Below, one piece after another: positions 49,985 to 58,658 of a DNA stretch of 64,000 bases. A program made the position numbers and the translations under genes. The DNA is from Nitrospirae bacterium GWC2_57_13 (lineage in GTDB: Bacteria > Nitrospirota > UBA9217). The stretch spans positions 4,404 to 68,403 of the forward strand of contig MHDZ01000033.1 of the NCBI GenBank assembly GCA_001805055.1, read 5' to 3'. The notes under the pieces were generated by a model. It was not told the origin of the DNA, made no database searches, and worked only from the letters and a program-made list of their open reading frames with translations. Each line of letters begins with the position of its first letter. Within the stretch, counting starts at the first letter, position 1.

Positions 49985-50308
49985 ATGAAGAAATTTTTTG
50001 TGATCGCGTTGGTTGTTGCAGTAACGGTAGTCCTGGCAGCGTCGGCGTTCGCGGTTGGTCCGGGCAAGACTGTTGAATGGGACGGCAAGGGCGCGGGCAA
50101 GGTCGTGTTCGACGGCAAGGTCCATGCTGATAAGGGCTCCAAATGCGCGGATTGCCATCAGTCCGGTCTCTTCAAGATGAAGAAGGGTAGCGATACCCTG
50201 ACCATGAAGGACATGGAAGCTGGCAAGAACTGCGGTGCCTGCCACAACGGCACCAAGGCTTTCGGCGTGAAGGACGCAGCTACCTGCGCCAAGTGCCACA
50301 CGAAGTAG
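49985..50308 (+). CDS. periplasmic triheme cytochrome c7 (PpcA-like)
   Basis: Signal peptide, then a ~83-aa mature protein with CADCH, CGACH and CAKCH and a Lys-rich sequence typical of the c7 family. Confidence 0.75.
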   Translation: MKKFFVIALVVAVTVVLAASAFAVGPGKTVEWDGKGAGKVVFDGKVHADKGSKCADCHQSGLFKMKKGSDTLTMKDMEAGKNCGACHNGTKAFGVKDAATCAKCHTK

Positions 50309-50330
50309 ATCTGTTATTATTGTGCAGTAA

Positions 50331-50367
50331 AAAACCCTCACGGGTCATTCCGTGAGGGTTTTTTTTG
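50331..50367 (+). terminator. rho-independent terminator (also borders selC)
   Basis: CCCTCACGG-GTCATTC-CGTGAGGG followed by T8. Confidence 0.7.
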
Positions 50368-50368
50368 T

Positions 50369-50467
50369 TGGCGGGAGAGCATGAGAATCGAACTCACCTT
50401 CCCCAGCGCAGGCTGAGGAACAACGGATTTGAAGTCCGGGACGGGCACCAGCTCCGTACGCTCTCCC
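50369..50467 (-). tRNA. selC: tRNA-Sec (anticodon UCA), CCA encoded
   Basis: Folded by hand from GGGAGAGCGTACGGAGCTGGTGCCCGTCCCGGACTTCAAATCCGTTGTTCCTCAGCCTGCGCTGGGGAAGGTGAGTTCGATTCTCATGCTCTCCCGCCA. It has an 8-bp acceptor stem, the anticodon arm GGACUUCAAAUCC shared with E. coli selC, a long variable arm and a GTTCGATTC T-loop. Confidence 0.85.
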
Positions 50468-50607
50468 GTTCTGTAGAGGGCCGAGGGATGAAGGAAAACC
50501 GCGGATCAATGCAGAACGGCTATGAACGGATTATACTTGAGACATTGTCAGCGTGCAACGGTTTTTTCCCGGCGCCTGAAGCAGGCAGAGAAACTGTCCC
50601 TCTGTTG

Positions 50608-52590
50608 TCACGCGTCTTTACCGCTCATGAGATTGTGCGCCGCATCCAGTTCGTTGTGCGCGCCGAGCAGAACAAGAATGTCCCCTGCTTTGAGCCGAAA
50701 GTCCGGGCCGGGATTTGTGATGGCCTTTCCATTTCTCGCCACGGCGATGATGGTCGCCCCCGTGGCGTTCCGGATATCAAGCTCCCGCAGGCTTCTGTCA
50801 GCGGACGGTGATCCTTCCGGGACCTGAAAATTATCAACCGTGGAGCCTCCGAAAAGGGCGGCAATGCGTCCGATATTCTCCTGTTCCAGCGATATGCCGC
50901 GCAGCATTTTATACCCCTCGAAGCGGATCAGGCTTATCTGGTTCGCGATCACGTTTGCGGGGATGTGATATTGGTGCAGGACGCGCGAGAAAATCTCGAT
51001 CGATGTTTCGAACTCCTCGGGGATCACCTGGTCGGCGCCGAGCTTGTAGAGGCCATCGACCTCCAGGGAGTACCGCGTGCGGACCAGGATGAAGATCGTG
51101 CCGTTGAGCTGCCGGGCCAGCCGCACGGAGATGCGCGTGGCCGCATAATCGGAGATGGCGAATACGATGGCCTTGGCGCAGTCGATCCCCGCACGCCTGA
51201 GCACATCTGGCCGGGTGATGTCGCCGTAAATGATCGGCTCTCCCTCGCTTCGCGCCGTCCGGATGGTATCGGCATTCACTTCAAGGATCACATAGGGGAT
51301 GTGTGTGGCCTTCAGCGTTCTGGCCAGATTTCGGCCGTTGATGCCGTAGCCCGCAATGATGGTGTGTCCTGCCAGAGAGCAGGTATCGCCCTGAGGCTGG
51401 ACCGGCCGCAGGCCGAAGGGCAGACGGTCGACAAGCCAGGGGCTGAACTGGATGACAAAGGGCGTTGCCAGCATGCTCATGATGGACGCAGTGATAAAGG
51501 TCTGGAACAGGTCGCCGCTGATCAGCCCCTTCGCCTGCCCCTGCTGTGCCAGCAGGAAGGCGAATTCTCCGATCTGCGCCAGGCCGAGTCCGGCGAGCAG
51601 GGCGCTGCGGATAGGATAGCGGAGCGCCTTCGCGGTGATGATGACGATAGCGGCCTTGACGAAGACAAGCAGGGCTGTCAGGGTCAGCAGCCACACCCAG
51701 TGAGCGACGAAATAGTTGATCACCAGCAGCATGCCGATGGAGATGAAAAAAATGCTCGAAAAATAGTCCCGGAAGGGGATGATGTCAGCCACGACATGAT
51801 GGCTGTATTCGGATTCTGATATGATCAGCCCCGCCAGAAAGGCGCCCAGGGCAAGGGACAGGCCGAGACGATAGGTGACCCAGGCGGTACCCAGGCAGAT
51901 CAGTACGATCAGCAGAAAGAACATCTCCCGGTTCTTGAGGCGGATCACCTGGTGCAGGAGCGAGGGGACAACCTTGCGGGCGATAAAAAAGACGGCAACA
52001 ACACCGGCAGCCGAGGTTCCGAGCGTGGTCAGAACTGAGACGGCCGTAACGGTTCCGGCGGCGCTTGCCTGGCCCAGCACAGGAAGCAGAAGCATCATCG
52101 GCACAACGGCAATGTCCTGGAACAGAAGTATCCCCGTGGCAAGCCTGCCGTGGGCCGAGTCGATCTCGACGCGGTCAGCGTACATTTTGAGGACAATGGC
52201 CGTGCTGCTGAGAGAGGCAAGAAAGCCGAAGAACACGGCCTGCGGGACGGGAAAACCAAGAAAGAGGGAGATGCCGGTGGCGACAGCGATGGTCATGAGC
52301 ACCTGGACGGCGCCGCCGATCAGAAACTGCCTGCCTGAGCGGATGATGTCGGTCAGAGAGAATTCGATGCCCACCGTGAACAGCAGCAGCACCACGCCGA
52401 TCTCGGCGAGGCGTTCAACTATGCTCATTTCGGTGATGAAAGCCGCGCCGTGGGGGCCGATGACCACGCCGGTGATCAGGAATCCCACAATGGCCGGTAG
52501 CTTCATCTTATGAAAAATGAAGGTGATGGGGAGCGATACAGCCAGCAGGATAATAAGTTCCCGTAGTATGATTATCTCGTGTTCGGGCAT
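50608..52590 (-). CDS. CPA2-family K+/H+ (monovalent cation:proton) antiporter with TrkA-N/TrkA-C (RCK) domains
   Basis: ~13 TM Na_H exchanger domain, then IIAGYGINGRNLA-type Rossmann RCK domains. 660 aa. Confidence 0.85.
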   Translation of the reverse strand: MPEHEIIILRELIILLAVSLPITFIFHKMKLPAIVGFLITGVVIGPHGAAFITEMSIVERLAEIGVVLLLFTVGIEFSLTDIIRSGRQFLIGGAVQVLMTIAVATGISLFLGFPVPQAVFFGFLASLSSTAIVLKMYADRVEIDSAHGRLATGILLFQDIAVVPMMLLLPVLGQASAAGTVTAVSVLTTLGTSAAGVVAVFFIARKVVPSLLHQVIRLKNREMFFLLIVLICLGTAWVTYRLGLSLALGAFLAGLIISESEYSHHVVADIIPFRDYFSSIFFISIGMLLVINYFVAHWVWLLTLTALLVFVKAAIVIITAKALRYPIRSALLAGLGLAQIGEFAFLLAQQGQAKGLISGDLFQTFITASIMSMLATPFVIQFSPWLVDRLPFGLRPVQPQGDTCSLAGHTIIAGYGINGRNLARTLKATHIPYVILEVNADTIRTARSEGEPIIYGDITRPDVLRRAGIDCAKAIVFAISDYAATRISVRLARQLNGTIFILVRTRYSLEVDGLYKLGADQVIPEEFETSIEIFSRVLHQYHIPANVIANQISLIRFEGYKMLRGISLEQENIGRIAALFGGSTVDNFQVPEGSPSADRSLRELDIRNATGATIIAVARNGKAITNPGPDFRLKAGDILVLLGAHNELDAAHNLMSGKDA

Positions 52591-52640
52591 TGGCTCCCCT
52601 TGCAGCTTCGACAGAAAAAAAAGAGGGCACGGGGTTCGCT

Positions 52641-54539
52641 TCAGCGCAACACGCGTTTATCCCCGATGCGTTGCGTCACCTTCTGCGTGTCGAAATATTC
52701 CAGTATCGGGACGGCAAACTTGCGCGACGTTTTCGCGAGGTCCCGAAATTCGGCCACGGTGATCTCTTTCTTATCCTTCAGATGGCTGAGAAGATCGGCG
52801 CGCATCTTCTCGACCACGCCCCTGTGCAGGTGGAGTGAATCATTGATGCGTACGGTCCTGCCTTCATCGGCGAGCAGTTTCAGGAGGTCGCGGGCGTCCT
52901 TGTCGGTGATCTTGAGCAGCGCCGGGAGCTCCTCCCGGAGGGGGGGCTGTGCTCCGCCTTTTTGGATGGCGTCCACGATGCTGTTTTTGATCTCGCCGGG
53001 AGCCTGGCCGCTGCCTGGCTTGAAGGAGGGGAGCCGCAGCTTCGAACCTTCGGCGTCGAGCAGCTTCCGCTTAACCAGCCCGTCAACGCTCATGGCCAGG
53101 ACCCGGGGATGCAGCCGGATCCTGAGCATGCCCTTCAGTTCCTCCTTGTCGATACCCGGCTTGAGGGGGTTGTTCTTATGAAAGGCTTCGATCAATGCCA
53201 GGATGCGCGCGTCCAGATCGGTAAGATGGCTGCTGTGCACATAGAGGGAGTCAGTGCGCAGGATCGCTTTTTTCTGGGTTGCTGTTGCGAGCGCGTCCAT
53301 GACGACCTGTTTCTCCGCAGCCGTGGAGCCAACGATGTCCGCCTCCTCCATCCCGGCGACGCCTTTTCCTGCGATCAAGACCGGTAGTTTTTCCTCGAGC
53401 CCGCCCTGCAAGAGAGTCTCAAGGTTCTTGAGAGACGCGGCCATGGTGCTCTTCCGGTGCCTGCGGGGCTGGGGATCGAGCACCACACCGCCGCCAAGCG
53501 TTTCCAGGGGGGAGTAGAACCGGATGATGAACCGATCTCCGTGCTGGATGATCACAGGATCTTCCAGCCGGAACTGAACAAAGCCCTCATCTCCAGGCTG
53601 GAGCTCATTGCTGCCGATCAGTGCTGCCCTGCCGATAGCCTCCTGGGTCGAATTATAAAAGCGGATGCGTGATCCGGTCTTGAGCACTCGCGACGCCTGC
53701 TTCAGCAGTGACAGCCGGACGTCAACGTTCCGTGTAGGCTTGAAGAAACCCTTGCTCACGATGGTGTCGCCGCGCGACAGATCGTCCTTCTCAACGCCTT
53801 GCAGGTTCACGGCGGTGCGCTGGCCCGCAACGGCGCGCGTCACCGGTTTGTTGTGGGACTGGACGCCGCGCACCTTTGTTTTGACGCCCGCCGGCAGGAT
53901 CTCCACTTCCTGTTCAAGGCTGATGGCGCCGGAAAGGATCGTTCCCGTAATGACCGTGCCGAAGCCCTTCATGGTGAATACGCGGTCGATGGGCAGCCGG
54001 AGAATGCCATCCGCAGACTTTGGCGAAACGTCCCGTGAAAGTTTGTCGAGCTCCGCAACGAGCTGCGGAAGGTTCTCTCCGGTGAGCGAGGAGACAGGGA
54101 CCAGGGGCGACTTTTCCAGGAAGGTGCCCTTTACGAACTGCCGCACCTCGTCCTTGACCAGATCGAGCCAGTCCTTCTCGACGGCGTCCATCTTGGTCAG
54201 CGCTATGATGCCCTTTTTGACCGCCAGGAGGTCGCAGATGGCAAGATGCTCGCGCGTCTGGGGCATGATGCCTTCGTCCGCTGCGATGACGAGCATCACC
54301 ACGTCGATGCCGCCCACGCCGGCTAGCATGTTCTTGATCAATCCTTCGTGGCCGGGCACGTCCACGATGCCGAGACGGCTGCCGCCCGGCAGGTCAAGGG
54401 AAGCGAAGCCGAGGTCCAGGGTGATGCCCCGTGCCTTTTCTTCTTTCAGACGGTCCGGGTCCGTGCCCGTCAACGCCTTGACGAGGCTCGATTTTCCGTG
54501 GTCTATATGTCCGGCAGTGCCGAGGATGACGTATTTCAT
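52641..54539 (-). CDS. selB: selenocysteine-specific translation elongation factor
   Basis: GTAGHIDHGKSSL G-domain, EF-Tu-like domains II/III and a C-terminal winged-helix extension (632 aa). Confidence 0.9.
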   Translation of the reverse strand: MKYVILGTAGHIDHGKSSLVKALTGTDPDRLKEEKARGITLDLGFASLDLPGGSRLGIVDVPGHEGLIKNMLAGVGGIDVVMLVIAADEGIMPQTREHLAICDLLAVKKGIIALTKMDAVEKDWLDLVKDEVRQFVKGTFLEKSPLVPVSSLTGENLPQLVAELDKLSRDVSPKSADGILRLPIDRVFTMKGFGTVITGTILSGAISLEQEVEILPAGVKTKVRGVQSHNKPVTRAVAGQRTAVNLQGVEKDDLSRGDTIVSKGFFKPTRNVDVRLSLLKQASRVLKTGSRIRFYNSTQEAIGRAALIGSNELQPGDEGFVQFRLEDPVIIQHGDRFIIRFYSPLETLGGGVVLDPQPRRHRKSTMAASLKNLETLLQGGLEEKLPVLIAGKGVAGMEEADIVGSTAAEKQVVMDALATATQKKAILRTDSLYVHSSHLTDLDARILALIEAFHKNNPLKPGIDKEELKGMLRIRLHPRVLAMSVDGLVKRKLLDAEGSKLRLPSFKPGSGQAPGEIKNSIVDAIQKGGAQPPLREELPALLKITDKDARDLLKLLADEGRTVRINDSLHLHRGVVEKMRADLLSHLKDKKEITVAEFRDLAKTSRKFAVPILEYFDTQKVTQRIGDKRVLR

Positions 54540-54699
54540 AAGTAGTGCGGTAGACAGTAGTCAGCAATCAGTAGACAGCAGACCGTGAACAGTAAACAGC
54601 TGACAGTACATAGTAAAGAGTATACAGCAGACTGAAAGTAAAGAGAGAAGCAGAAAAGGTTTTTGAATTCAACCCTGCATGCTGTTTACGGCATGCAGT

Positions 54700-56109
54700 C
54701 TACGTTAGAATCTTTTTCACCGCTTCAACGATCTTTCCGATCTCGCCGTCATTCAGCGTCCGGGGGTCGAAGAGGACCATCCCTTCCTTTATGCGTGTGA
54801 TGACGTGGGGTTTGTCGATCCGCAGGCGCGATTCGATCTGGTTCGCACTGAGGCGGTCATGGGCCAGGGCAATGACCCTGGTCGGAAGATTGCCCATCGG
54901 GAGGGCCCCGCCGCCGGTCTGGGACTGCTCATCCTGCACTGTGGCTGCCAGTCCCGTGATGCCGAGAGCGCGAAGGCCCCCGGCCAGGAGCGAAGCCTTG
55001 CGTTCGATCTCCTGCAGCGGCTGTGTGAGCATCCAGAGCGTGGGGATATCGCGCGCCGCCTTTTTCATGTCCAGGTACTGAGCAAGGGTCGCTTCGAGGG
55101 CAGCCAGCGTGAGCTTGTCGATGCGCAGGGCACGGGCGAGGGGATTCGCCCGTATGGGATCGAGAAAGGACGTTCTCCCGAGTACCATGCCGGCCTGAGG
55201 GCCGCCCAGCAGCTTGTCGCCGCTGAAGGTCAGAATGTCCACGCCAGCGTCCATGGCCTGCTTTACCGTGGGCTCGTCGCCGACGCCGTAGGATGCCAGG
55301 TCAAGGAAACTGCCGCTTCCCAGGTCCCACATAACCGGGATGTTGTGCTTTTTTCCGAGTCCGGCCAGCTCCTGGGCCGAGACCTCCTTGGTGAAGCCGA
55401 CGATCTTGTAGTTGCTCGTATGGACCTTCAGCAGCAGCCCCGTATTCTCGGTGATCGATTTTTCATAGTCCTTCAGGTGGGTCTTGTTCGTCGTGCCCAC
55501 CTCGCGAAGTTTCGCACCGCTCCGCTCCATCACCTCGGGAACACGGAAGGAGCCGCCGATCTCGACAAGTTCACCGCGTGAGACGATCACTTCCTTCCCC
55601 CGCGCCAGGGTATTCAGGCAGAGCAGCACGGCAGAGGCGTTGTTGTTCACTGCCGTGGCGGCTTCCGCACCGGTCAGGCGCCTGAGTATGTTCTCGACAT
55701 GGATATACCGCTTGCCCCGATCACCGGCAGGGATGTCGTACTCAAGGTTCGAATAGCTGCCGCTCACCTCGATCATTCGCCGTATAGCAGTCTCGCTCAG
55801 GAGGGACCGGCCGAGATTGGTGTGGACCACCACGCCCGTGGCGTTGATGACGGAACAAAGGCTCGGCTCATTCAGTTCGAAAAGGATCCGCTCTGCTTCG
55901 ATGAGGATCTGCTCAGCCGAAAGGCCTGCTTCGCTTCCTGCAGGCGGTCCGGCGAGGATCCTTTTGCGCGTACGGTCCAGGGCGGTCCTGAGCGCTTCCA
56001 GCACCAGGACCCGGGGATGTGAGTCAAGCCACTGCTGAGTCTTGTTCTCTTTCAGCAGTTCGTCCACAGCAGGAAGCTTTTTGAGCAATTCTTTCATAGA
56101 ATTTACCAT
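54700..56109 (-). CDS. selA: L-seryl-tRNA(Sec) selenium transferase
   Basis: SelA N-terminus (LPAVDELL) and PLP-fold motifs (GSF..., K in FSGDKLLGGPQAG). Start at 56109 or 56133. Confidence 0.9.
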   Translation of the reverse strand: MVNSMKELLKKLPAVDELLKENKTQQWLDSHPRVLVLEALRTALDRTRKRILAGPPAGSEAGLSAEQILIEAERILFELNEPSLCSVINATGVVVHTNLGRSLLSETAIRRMIEVSGSYSNLEYDIPAGDRGKRYIHVENILRRLTGAEAATAVNNNASAVLLCLNTLARGKEVIVSRGELVEIGGSFRVPEVMERSGAKLREVGTTNKTHLKDYEKSITENTGLLLKVHTSNYKIVGFTKEVSAQELAGLGKKHNIPVMWDLGSGSFLDLASYGVGDEPTVKQAMDAGVDILTFSGDKLLGGPQAGMVLGRTSFLDPIRANPLARALRIDKLTLAALEATLAQYLDMKKAARDIPTLWMLTQPLQEIERKASLLAGGLRALGITGLAATVQDEQSQTGGGALPMGNLPTRVIALAHDRLSANQIESRLRIDKPHVITRIKEGMVLFDPRTLNDGEIGKIVEAVKKILT

Positions 56110-56269
56110 AGCATAGTTATACGGGAATATCAACAGTAAGGGGACAGTCCCCTTCGCCCAGGGGGGACTGTCCCCTTGCCGGATTTTATTGCTTGCCCTT
56201 TTCCTCGGTACTAGAGTATAATATTTTTCTACCGAACAGTTCTACCAAATATGATAAGGAGTCAGGTGC

Positions 56270-56881
56270 ATGGCGGAAGAAGATCAGGCCAAGGCGGCGG
56301 AGGCCGGCCCGCAAGGGAGCGGGTCCCGCAGCGCGATCAAACAGTGGAAAGAATGGACGCTTCTCGCCATCCTTGTTCTATTTGTTTTGGTCCTGGCAGC
56401 GGTCTTTCTTACCCGCGAAGGGAAGAAGGGCCCGCGGCCAGGAGCAATTCGGGAAGGCAGCACCGCTCCGGACTTTGCTCTGCCGGCCCTTAACGGAACG
56501 TACGTCAGCCTGTCGGACCAGAAGGGCAAAGTCGTACTGGTCCATTTCTGGGCTACCTGGTGCCCGCCCTGCGTTGAGGAAATGCCTGATCTGGAGCGGC
56601 TCTATCAGGAATTCCGGGGCCCCGATTTCGAGGTGCTGGCCATCAGCGTGGACGAGGAAGGTCCGGGCAAGGTGCGGGCCTTCATGCAGAAGAACCGCCT
56701 CTCCTTCCCGGCGCTGATGGATCCGGGACGGTCCGTCGCATCGAGCTACGGCACGTTAAAATATCCTGAAACATTCATCGTGGACCGTTCGGGCGTGGTC
56801 CGGCACCGGGCGATCGGATCATGGGACTGGAACGAGCCGGTGAACAGGGAAAAGATACGGAAACTGCTCGGGACAAGGTGA
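56270..56881 (+). CDS. TlpA/ResA-like thiol-disulfide oxidoreductase (membrane-anchored thioredoxin fold)
   Basis: TM anchor, then WATWCPPC active site. Confidence 0.8.
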   Translation: MAEEDQAKAAEAGPQGSGSRSAIKQWKEWTLLAILVLFVLVLAAVFLTREGKKGPRPGAIREGSTAPDFALPALNGTYVSLSDQKGKVVLVHFWATWCPPCVEEMPDLERLYQEFRGPDFEVLAISVDEEGPGKVRAFMQKNRLSFPALMDPGRSVASSYGTLKYPETFIVDRSGVVRHRAIGSWDWNEPVNREKIRKLLGTR

Positions 56882-57050
56882 TAAAATGTCGGATCTCTTG
56901 ATAACCATTGCTGTGCTGTTCCTTATGCTCTGCGCTGTCATCAGGTTCAATCGGGGCCTCGGCTGGTGCTGAGGAGCAGAACCTGGTCCCTTCTGTAGAG
57001 GGGAGAACAAGTCCACCGACCGCACGGACGGTGAACAGTAGTAACAGCTC

Positions 57051-58250
57051 ATGAAAAAGAACCTTCTTGTCTTCCTGGGAGCGCTTGCAGCGTGCTGTCT
57101 TGCCGTTCTCGCCTGGATACTCATTGTCATCAACAGCCTTCCTGATGTTTCTCTCCTGAAACAGTACCGTCCTGATGCGGCGGCCGAGGTGTTCGACCGT
57201 GAGGACCGCATACTCACGCAGTACTACGAGCGGAAGTTCCGTATCCGTATTCCGATAACCAACCTGCCCGACATGGTCATTCATGCTGTCACTACCGCAG
57301 AGGACGATACCTTCTTCGATCATGGGGGGGTGAATTACCGGGCGACCTGGGAGGCACTGCTGCATGACGTAAGGCAGCGCCGGTTCGCGCGGGGCGGCAG
57401 CACAATCACGCAGCAGATGATCAAGAATGTATTCCTCTCACGGGAAAAGACCATTAACCGCAAGATCAGGGAGTACGTTCTTGCCCGCAGGGCCGAAGAG
57501 ATCCTGTCCAAGCGCAGGATCCTGGAGATCTATCTGAACGAGGTGGAGTGGGGCGAGAACATCTACGGCATCGAGGCGGCAAGCCGGGCCTATTTTGACA
57601 AGCATGCATCGGAGCTGAGCGCCGCCGAGGCCGCGCTGCTTGCCGGCATGCTGCCCAACCCCCGGTTCTTCGATCCCCTCAAACGTCTGGACAAGGCTAA
57701 GGCCCGGCAGGATCGGGTGCTGTTCAATATGTTTCAGGCCAAGTTGCTTACTGAGGACGAATATGGTGCCGCGCAGACCGCCCCTTTGGCGCTCAGGACC
57801 GGATCGTCAGGGAGGTTCGATCTTTCGGCCCTGGCCGGCAGGAACGGCCGCCCTTGCTATCAGAAGATCCTGGAGCAGATCCTCCTCGACAGCTACTCGG
57901 ACCACGCGCTGTACCGCCAGGGGATCAAAGTGCGCACCACGCTCGACAAGGACTTGCAGGAGCGGTTGTGCTCCTGGATGCGCGAGGAACATGACAACGG
58001 CGGAACAGCGGCGGACCATGTTGCTGCTGCGGTGCGGCCTCCGATCCTGGTCGTGAAGGAGGGTGGTCAGATCCGGGCGATCGTCTGTGTCAGGAATGCG
58101 GAGGCAGCCCGATTACTGCTCGATTCGCTCAATCCCCGGGAGCGGGAATACGAGGTCGAGGAGGTCTTGTTCAGTTCTATCATGATGGACGATATCATCG
58201 TGTCCGTGGAAACGGTCGGCGACGGGCAGGAACTTCAGACAGGCCGGTGA
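57051..58250 (+). CDS. monofunctional peptidoglycan glycosyltransferase (GT51) with C-terminal extension
   Basis: N-terminal TM. GT51 motifs EDDTFFDHGG, GGSTITQQ and RKIRE. No transpeptidase domain. Confidence 0.8.
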   Translation: MKKNLLVFLGALAACCLAVLAWILIVINSLPDVSLLKQYRPDAAAEVFDREDRILTQYYERKFRIRIPITNLPDMVIHAVTTAEDDTFFDHGGVNYRATWEALLHDVRQRRFARGGSTITQQMIKNVFLSREKTINRKIREYVLARRAEEILSKRRILEIYLNEVEWGENIYGIEAASRAYFDKHASELSAAEAALLAGMLPNPRFFDPLKRLDKAKARQDRVLFNMFQAKLLTEDEYGAAQTAPLALRTGSSGRFDLSALAGRNGRPCYQKILEQILLDSYSDHALYRQGIKVRTTLDKDLQERLCSWMREEHDNGGTAADHVAAAVRPPILVVKEGGQIRAIVCVRNAEAARLLLDSLNPREREYEVEEVLFSSIMMDDIIVSVETVGDGQELQTGR

Positions 58251-58345
58251 TTCTGCAAAACCGAGAAAGGGCAGTTGGAACCACGGATGAACACTGTCAA
58301 GGCCGTAAGGCAAGGCTTATATCGGACGCTTCATCATGAAAAGAG

Positions 58346-58634
58346 CATTTGGACGCGGATAAAATCCGATAAGATCGGATAAAAAAAGACAAACAACTCT
58401 TTTGCTGTTGAAAATGAATCACCTTTGGGGTGAAGGCCCTTTCTGTCCGAATGCTGGGTTTTACCCAAGAAAAGCTGCGTTCACCCCGTTAGAAGATTCG
58501 TATTTCTAACGGGGTGAATCTGCGGCCAACTGCCGTTTTCAGGTGCATTCGTTCGGTGATGTTGTTTATTCGGAGAACGTTTTGCACTATCCGTCCTTAT
58601 CCGCTGTTTTCGATTTTATCCGTGTCCAATAACG
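58346..58634 (+). repeat. full-length mosaic MITE-like intergenic element with ~34-bp imperfect terminal inverted repeats
   Basis: Left TIR TTGGACGCGGATAAAATCCGATAAGATCGGATAA. Right TIR (reverse complement) TTGGACACGGATAAAATCGAAAACAGCGGATAA. Internal hairpin CCCCGTTAGAAGATTCGTATTTCTAACGGGG. It lies between convergent genes, and three related copies are elsewhere in the window. Confidence 0.7.
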
Positions 58635-58658
58635 TTTTTCCGGTTTTACTGCTTCCGA

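Noticed and set aside
56134-56200. GGGGACAGTCCCC / GGGGACTGTCCCC inverted palindromes between selA and the TlpA-like gene
   Set aside because: Single occurrence. Likely a simple divergent-promoter hairpin or operator.
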